From the human T2T-CHM13v2.0 reference genome, Homo sapiens, in NCBI RefSeq assembly GCF_009914755.1, contig NC_060946.1: a stretch of 64,000 nucleotides of DNA; one strand, 5' to 3'. A program made the translations under genes and the position numbers. Below the pieces are notes generated by a model. That model was not told the origin of the DNA, ran no database searches, and saw only the letters and a program-made list of their open reading frames with translations. This document shows positions 56,583-64,000 of the stretch, piece by piece (position 1 is the first letter of the stretch; every line of letters begins with the position of its first letter).

Positions 56583-59500
56583 TCAGGGCCCAACCCATGC
56601 ACCTCTGGGACTTGGGCCTCTCACCTGGTACTGGCCCAGGGGCGTGGGGATGAGTCTGTCCTCACCCGCGATGCAGTCCGGAGCTGCTTCTTTCCATTCT
56701 CATCCTGGATGGTGTCCAAGGCAAGTGTGAGAGACTCTGCGTGAGCTGCACTTCACTGAGCTACCAGAGAGAGAGAAGCTCCTCTGCCCTCAGTGTCAAG
56801 GCAAAGGAACACCAGTCTTCACCCCACCAGCCTCTAACAGTGGCAACGAGAGCACCCGGACATGACACTCGGGGTGTGGGCCTGCCTCCCACAACACCGG
56901 GTTCATCTGCATGGGGCCTGGGACGGATGCATGCTGACCATGGGCAAAGGGGGAGTGGATCCTTCGGGGAAGGGGACCCTAACGGCCGTGGAACAGGCCC
57001 CATTGCTCATACTCGGAATATCTGGCGCAGGTACTCCAGGGCCTCCTCCAGGCACTCGTCCATCTTCTGGACGCTGTCCTGCCCCATCTCGCCCAGGTCA
57101 TGGCTGAATAGGAGCCGTTGGTGTCTGTGGGGCCAAAGCCCAGCCACAACAGGAAGGAGTGGCCAGCTGGAGTCTCCACACACTGGTCCGAGATGGACCT
57201 GGCCGTGTGCTTGGCCTGCGTGATGAGCTGAGTAAGGTGCAGGACCTGCAAGGGAGGCGAGGGCAGGTCACCGGCAGGATACGCCTGTACTGCCACCCAG
57301 GCAGGCTGGCTGGGGGCCCTAAGATGGGTGCACAGCCAGATCACTGAGTGACGGGAGGAGCAGCTTCTGCTGGAGGACTTTTAAAGACTAAAGAATGATC
57401 TTCTAAATGTGAAATTTCCCAACACTGCCTTCGTTATCAGAAACAAATCAGACTTTACTGAAACGGGGAAAGGAGATGTGCGTCAACTCTCCGCCCAACC
57501 TCCCTCCCTCCCGCCAGAACACAGCACTTCCCTGCCTCTGCTCAGCCTTGTGGCTCCAGGGGTCCTGTGAAGGGGCACCGCCAACCCACTCACCAGGGTG
57601 TAAGCCTCGGGCCCGAACATCGGGTGTACTTGCAGTCCTGGCCCTCCAGGCCATAGATGTGACTCTTCACATTGAAGGAGGCATCAGTGACCACTGGTGG
57701 CCACTATGACAGGATGCTGCTGGCGAATGTGCAGGCTGTGAAGAGTCGGTGCTGGCGGTAGGGGGATGACGAGCTCCGGCTCCGGGAACAGCTGCTCGAA
57801 CTGGAAGGCAGGAGACGAACCTAGCGCCCACTTCCGGGGGCACAGAGAACCTGGTTGCTGCCCACAGGTTTTCAGGATGCCTCCGAGGTATCTGGGGAGC
57901 CATGACCCAGGGGTGTCCTCCTGAGGTCCTGCCCAGCAGTGTCTCCCATGTAGCAGGTGGCCGACATGGGGAGGGCAAATGAGGGAGCTGGTGGCTCACA
58001 GAGCCCCCGACAGTGTCTGCAGGAGGGCAAACACCAGGAGGAGTGACAGAAGCCAATGTCCAACCCAGCCAAGACAAACGCATGCCAGAGACCAAGACCG
58101 CCTCCCAAGGATGCTGCCACGAGTTGCCAGGGAGAAACTGTGGTGCCATGGGCCCGCAGCTTGGTCTGTGCAGACCCCCTCTGTGGGTATACCTGCGGTC
58201 TTCCACCCAGTGCCTGGTGCCTGGTGGCTGCAGGGCAGGCAGGGTCCAGCCGGTCTCAGCCTTAACTGTGCAGTGTTATGGATGACAGCTCAGGAGACTG
58301 TTGGCAGGCAGGGAGGGCAGGACACAGGCAGGTGAGACCCAGGCCCTCTGAGGTTGCTGCATCCTTAGCAGGCCTGAGGCCCCTTTCCAAGAGGACTGAA
58401 GCCACCATGGCAGAGGCCAGCCCAGAGCCTGAGGGGGCTGAGGGAGGATCCCCCAGAGGGTCCAAAGGGGAAGGCCTCGGGCAAGGAAAGGAGAGGTCAG
58501 TGGCCACGCCAGGTGCCATGGAAGCCTGGGGGGGTCTGCTGTGAGGATCAAGCAGGAGATGAGGGGAAGGTGGCCACTGGTCTGCTCTGTGCTGGTAAGG
58601 AAGGGTTAAGGAACAGTTTGGGGGTCACCATGAAAATTTGTCTGGGCCAGAAGGGAGAGGGGACAGGTCACCCACTGCTTCCATGAGAAACCCATTCTAG
58701 GGCCTGGCGAAGTTGAGCCTAGGAAGGGCTGGTCTGTGCTCCACTCAGCAGCAGCTGGGAGAGGGCCAGGGCCAGGCTGACCCCAGCACAGGCCGCTGTC
58801 TTGGCCTCCACCCACTGGAGCAACATTTGCCCAGGGGAGCCAGTGGCATGTGAGGAGAGGGGGCCAGGGCTCACCATTTCTCAGACACACTGGGGCTGGG
58901 AGTTGCTGCTGGCAGCCTGCTTGTCAGCTGCATACCACCATGGCTGCAGGTAGCTCAGCCACACCTCCAGGACCTGTGGGGGAGGTGTGTGCTGAAGGCC
59001 CAGTGGCTGGGGCCAAATCCTCTGATGGCCTGGAACCCAGGTACCCAGGTGGCAGCTAAGTTGGCTCTTCCCACGTCCCCCAGAGGGCGCAGGAGAGACG
59101 CGCACAGCCCTGTGAGATTTGGTTCTCTCACTGCTCTTCAGAAGCCAGGGTCATGGGCGGGCTCTTCCCGGCCCACGGGACCCAGTGCTACCTGGTTGCG
59201 TAAGAGTAGAAACCTGTCTGGCACCAGACAGGTGGGATGGGGCAGGGCTTTGCTGTGCCTGAGGGTTGCCTTTGGAAACTGAAACAGAAAGAACAACGTG
59301 GCCCTCCAAGGCCCCCTCCTCTCCAAGGTCTCTGTGACAACACTTGTTCTCCTTCATCCACCCCAGGGGACCTCCCTCATTGGGGCACACAGAAGACACA
59401 GGCACACATGTGATGGGGCCGACACTCCTAGCTCTGAACAATGCGTCCAAGGGCCAGTGGCCAAAGCAATGCCGCAGGAAGAGGTAGAGTTTCTGCTGGA

Positions 59501-60669
59501 CTAACCTCGGGACAGCGGCCTGCAGAGGAGGGGAGGGTCACCAGCCGCTTGCACAGTAAGGTGGCCCTGCTCACAGATGAGCCCGGGGTTCCCATTAGTG
59601 AGGGTTGGCTCTGCTGGGAGAGAGCACTAGGCACTTCTGAGTGGTAAGAGCTGGTTTCAGCCCCATTCTTCAGAGGAAGAAACCGAGGTTAGGGAGCATC
59701 CCGAGGACACAGCATGCAGGCGGCCAAGCCATTGCATCTCCTGCACACACCTCACCTCAGCCCCACACAAAACAGCCCACTCTGCCAGCCCCGATGGGCC
59801 TGGGAGTCAGGACCCGCCCCAACCCTTCTCCTGACGGGTGGGGAGGAGCAAGAGACGGCACCGTGATGGGGCCTTTTTGGCCAGTCTGGAGAGAGAGGCT
59901 CTGGGAGCCAGAGATCAGCCGGCAGCCCCACCAGGCTAGCTGAGAAGGCACTTGCGTAGCCCTCCAGAGGCCTCACGTGCTCTGTGAGCAGGAAGGGATT
60001 CCCCTCACCCTGCCCCCCATGCCCCGGGGAGAGGTCGCCGTGGGCAACACCGGAGGAGGGGAACGAGGAGGAGACAGCAGCGGCTGGAAGCCGCAAGGGC
60101 CACCCACTGTTTGAACTCCCCCAGCGGGCTGGTGGTGTGGGAGTGGACGAAAGGTGAGACCTGCTCTGGCTTCAGGCTGTCGGCAAAGGCGTGCAGGTGC
60201 TTCAGTGGCAGGCGCACCACCAGCATGTGCCCCTTGGTGGGCATGAACGACTCCTAGGTGGAGGAAGAGGAGTCAGGGCCTGGGAAGGGCTGCAGCACGT
60301 GGCCTCCAGGTCTGACCACAGCCCGCCCTGGGACAGCTGATCTGCCTCCACACAGGAGGCACGAGCCAGGCAAAGAGTGGGGCCACCACTGTGCCTCACA
60401 CCCAGCGGGTGTGCCTTGCACTGCTTGGTCTGAACTGCGACCAGCTCGTGGTAGGGAAGTGCTTGGCCCAGCGCCCACACAGCCTACCTGGGGAGAACTC
60501 GCTGAGACAGACGCATCTGCTTCTGCACCGCTGCACACCCGCGGTGGGTGGCACAGGGCTATGGCCCGCCAGACTGTGCCCTTGGCCATTGCTGCCTATC
60601 TTGATCCTCATGGCAGGAGGAGGCCGATGTCACCCCCAAGCTCTGGATCCAGGGTCTCCCAGGGAAGAT

Positions 60670-61785
60670 GGCTAAGGCCAGGAATTCGAGATTCGCTTGG
60701 GCAACATAGGGAGGCCCTGTCTCTACAAAAATTTTAAAAAGTTAGCTGGGCATGGTGGTGTGCACCTGTAGTCCTAGTGACTCAGGAGGCTAGGGTGGGA
60801 AGATCGCTTGAGCCCAGGTGTTCTTGGTGCAGTGAGCTAGGATCGTGCCACTGCACTCCAGCCTGGGTGACAGAGTAAGACCCTGTTCAAAAAATAAGAA
60901 CCTTCACTTTTCTCCCCAATTCCTTCCATCTGCTCCTCATTCTGGACACAGCTGGATGAGGGCTCACCCTGGGAGAAGCGCTGGGCATCAATTCCTCTGT
61001 TGCCCACAGACCTGTGGTCAGGAAAACCCCAAGACAAGAGCACAGTCAAGCTAACAGGCCAAGCTTTTGATTTACAATGTACAAGCAGGATCCTGGAGAC
61101 CTACACCCAAGAGGAAAGCCTTTTTGCTGGCTGTGGGCTTTCTCTGGTTGCTCAGCATTGAGAGGGCAGGGGGGAGCATCAAGAGTGGATGAGGGCAGGA
61201 GAAGGGGGCACTGAGGGTGGGCCCCTGAGTCCGAGTGGACATGCTCGCCTCTCCATGCTTACCCCCAGCCCTTTGGGCCTCAACACATCTGTGATGCTGA
61301 GACTGGTGCAGGGCCCGGCCTCTGGGTATATCCTGGGATGCTGCAGAACCCACATGGACCACTGCTCACATCACTGCCCACTCAAGTCTGCCCGTCAGGA
61401 AAATGTCCCCACAGGTCCAGGAGACACACCCCACAGATCAGTGGCTGAGGCTGGGAATGGAGGTATTTTCTTCTTCTTCTTTTTCTTTTTTTTTTTTTTT
61501 TTGAGACAGGGTCTCACTCTGTCACCCAGGCTGGAGTGCAGCAGCACAATGTCGGTTCACTGTAACCTCTGCCTCCTGGGCTCAAGGGATCCTCCCACCA
61601 AAGCCTCCCGAGTAGCGGAGACCAGAGGCACATACCAACATACCCAGATAATTTTTCTATTTTTTTGTAGAGGCAGGGGTCTCATCATGTTTCCCAGGCT
61701 GGTCTCAAACTCCTGAGCTCAAGCAATCTGCCTTCCTTGGCCTCCCAAAGTTCTGGGATTCCAAGTTTGAGCCACCGTACCTGGC
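60670..61785. mobile_element. Two AluJ-like elements (+ ~60670-60895, - ~61470-61785)
   Basis: Diverged Alu consensus. Confidence 0.8.
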
Positions 61786-64000
61786 TATTTTCTTCTATCT
61801 CTATCTTTAAGTATTTAGGCAATGAATTTGCATTGCTTTGGAAGGAAGGAGAAAACCAGTACCTATACGGCCCGACTAGAATGGTACTAGTGGGGTGGGA
61901 AGTTAGACCAGGGTCCTTCTCCTCCAGTCTCACCCCTGGCCCTCCCTCTGATCCTGGCCTGGGATCCTGAGCCATGACATCCTCCCTGCAGCTCACGGGA
62001 GGGGACAGCATCCACATAGGAACTGGGAACCTGCCTTCCCCTGCAGGTTCACTTACCCAACATCACCTGGTCCTTCCAGAGGGTCTGGAGGGGCCAGTGT
62101 CTGCCCCTGCCCCCAGCAGTCACATGAAAGCCTCTCAGGCTATTTTCCCACAGATTTGCTGAGCCAAACTTTTCCCTCAGCTCTGTACCCCTCCTGGGCC
62201 ACATTCCCATGTGTAGTCCCTGGCCACAGTCACACCTGCTTGCTTCTCAAAGATGTGTACCCAAAGCCCCGCATTTCCCACTGGGCCCAGCCTCACAGCA
62301 CCTCAGCTCACTCCTCCAGGGTCTCCCTGGTCACCTGTCCTGCCATGGGGGTTGCTAGATGCTTCCTGGACACTGCCCTGGCCCAAGCCCTCATGTCCCT
62401 CTTCTCCAGTGGCTCCTGCGGAACAGGGACGCCATCACATGCAGTGGTTGCCATCCCAACCCACCGGCACTTGGGGCCCACATGTTTTTTTCATCTTGCG
62501 CTCAAATTCCCATTCAATCACGTGTGCTCCTTCGCAGGGTGAACGGGACAGACCCCTGGCTGTGGGCACAGCTCGTCTCCCCGGGCTCTCACAGACTCAC
62601 TAACTCTGTCGTCCCCGAAATCCCCCATGGGCCTGAACTCTGCTTCACTGACCTCAAATCCATCCATACGCTTGTCATTTGTGCCTAGGCAGACCACAAC
62701 CTCTATGAGGTCACTACCTATTCTCATCCACCTCCACAGGTGTCTACGAGTGGCCAGGGCTCCCTAGGTGAAGGACTGACAGCCTCTGTGAGCTATAGGG
62801 CCAAGCCCCAGGTCCTCCCCAACCCCCTTGCCTCACACACAGTCTGGGTCATGGAACCTCCAAGCTGGATGACAGTTCTGAACAGGGCAGCACCCACATT
62901 ACCGTAAGTCCCAGGCCTCTGTGTCTTCAGCTCCTTCCTTAGCACTGGGCCCTGCAGAGTGGGGGTGAACCGGGCCACTGCAGAGGCCTCACGACTCCAG
63001 CTCTTCAAACCAGGGCCGAGCACAGAGCCTCCAACACCAGAGAACTTGTGACACCTCCACCACTGGTGGGGAGTCTGGCCAGCCCAGGCCACATGCCTCA
63101 TTCTGACACACAGCCACACCCCACTCCCACAAGCCAGGCTAGTCTGCAAAGCCAGGGGCCAGGCCAGGCTGGAGGCTGATCTCTGCCTCCCTCAACACAG
63201 GGGCTTCACTCTGCCTGAAACTAGCCTCTGAGTCACCTGCAGCTGGGCCCAGCCAGCCCCTTGCTTTGCCAGGCGCAGACACGCACTCCGGGCAGGGGAA
63301 GGGAATGAACGAGCACAGCCAGTACTTGGTAGGTGTGGAGGGCCTGGAGGTTGGGCTGCCGGGGGCTGTGGTGGGCACTGGAGACACAGAGTCGGTAGTG
63401 CAGCACCTCCAGCTGAGAGAGTGAACAGAGAGAAGCCGGAAGAGGCAGAAGAGAAAAGCATGAGAGGACAGGGTGGTGAAGGAGAGACATGGTACCGGAC
63501 ATGGGAGGGGGAAGTGGAGAAAGAAAGCAATGAGAACGAGCCCAGAAGTGAGGAGAAAAAAACAACAAAAGCATGGTCAGTGACCATCCAAACAACTGCA
63601 GTCCCAGCAGCTGTGACCAGCGCAGCACCCTCCTCGGCAGCCAGGCCAGAGCTGTGACAGCACTCTCCTCAGCCTTGGAGGCTGGGGGCGGATAGACCCT
63701 CCAGGTCACCTGGGTGGCCTCTCAATGTCGCTGGGGCCTAAAGGCCTCTCCAGCTCATTGGAAGGGCCCAACTCACTGCCCTTCCAGATGGGACCCGCTC
63801 TCCCCAGTGACTCTGAGGCCACACCGTGTGTGCCATGTGCACACCACAGCCCTTCAAGTACCCAGGGCCTTCTCTCTGGGACATGCTGTCAGCCACCAAG
63901 GCCTCAAGATCCTGAGGCCCAGAAAATAAACTGGCAAAGCATGTTCTAGGAGGAGGACTCTGCCTAGAGAAGACACATATGTAATTGACTGGATTTCCCT

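Overview
Eukaryotic (human-like), Alu-dense genomic DNA recognisable as the 22q11.21 region at the 3' end of MED15 (PCQAP/ARC105). Plus strand 4067-~40265: MED15 exons 3-18. All 16 have canonical AG/GT sites and exon lengths that keep one frame to TAG at 39346-39348. They include the polyQ exons 6-7, the symmetric 120-nt exon 9 and a 3'UTR ending at AATAAA 40241. Minus strand, convergent with MED15: an intron-containing, disabled CCDC74 copy (~40319-44812, CCDC74BP1-like), a ~10 kb Alu/L1/LTR spacer, and the 3' half of an intron-containing, disabled SMPD4 copy (55292->63412, SMPD4P1-like). I found no convincing previously undescribed biological system. The best leads are: apparent reciprocal pseudogenisation of a duplicated MED15-CCDC74-SMPD4 block, a perfect palindrome carrying a poly(A) hexamer on both strands, a candidate poison exon and an intronic polyadenylation site near MED15 exon 9, a tandem duplication with a chimeric Alu, and a ~230-bp non-TE intronic duplication. 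Almost all ORFs in the six-frame track are spurious (Alu-derived or GC-rich chance ORFs). Repeat boundaries are approximate, and gene and repeat identities come from recalled sequences, not from searches.
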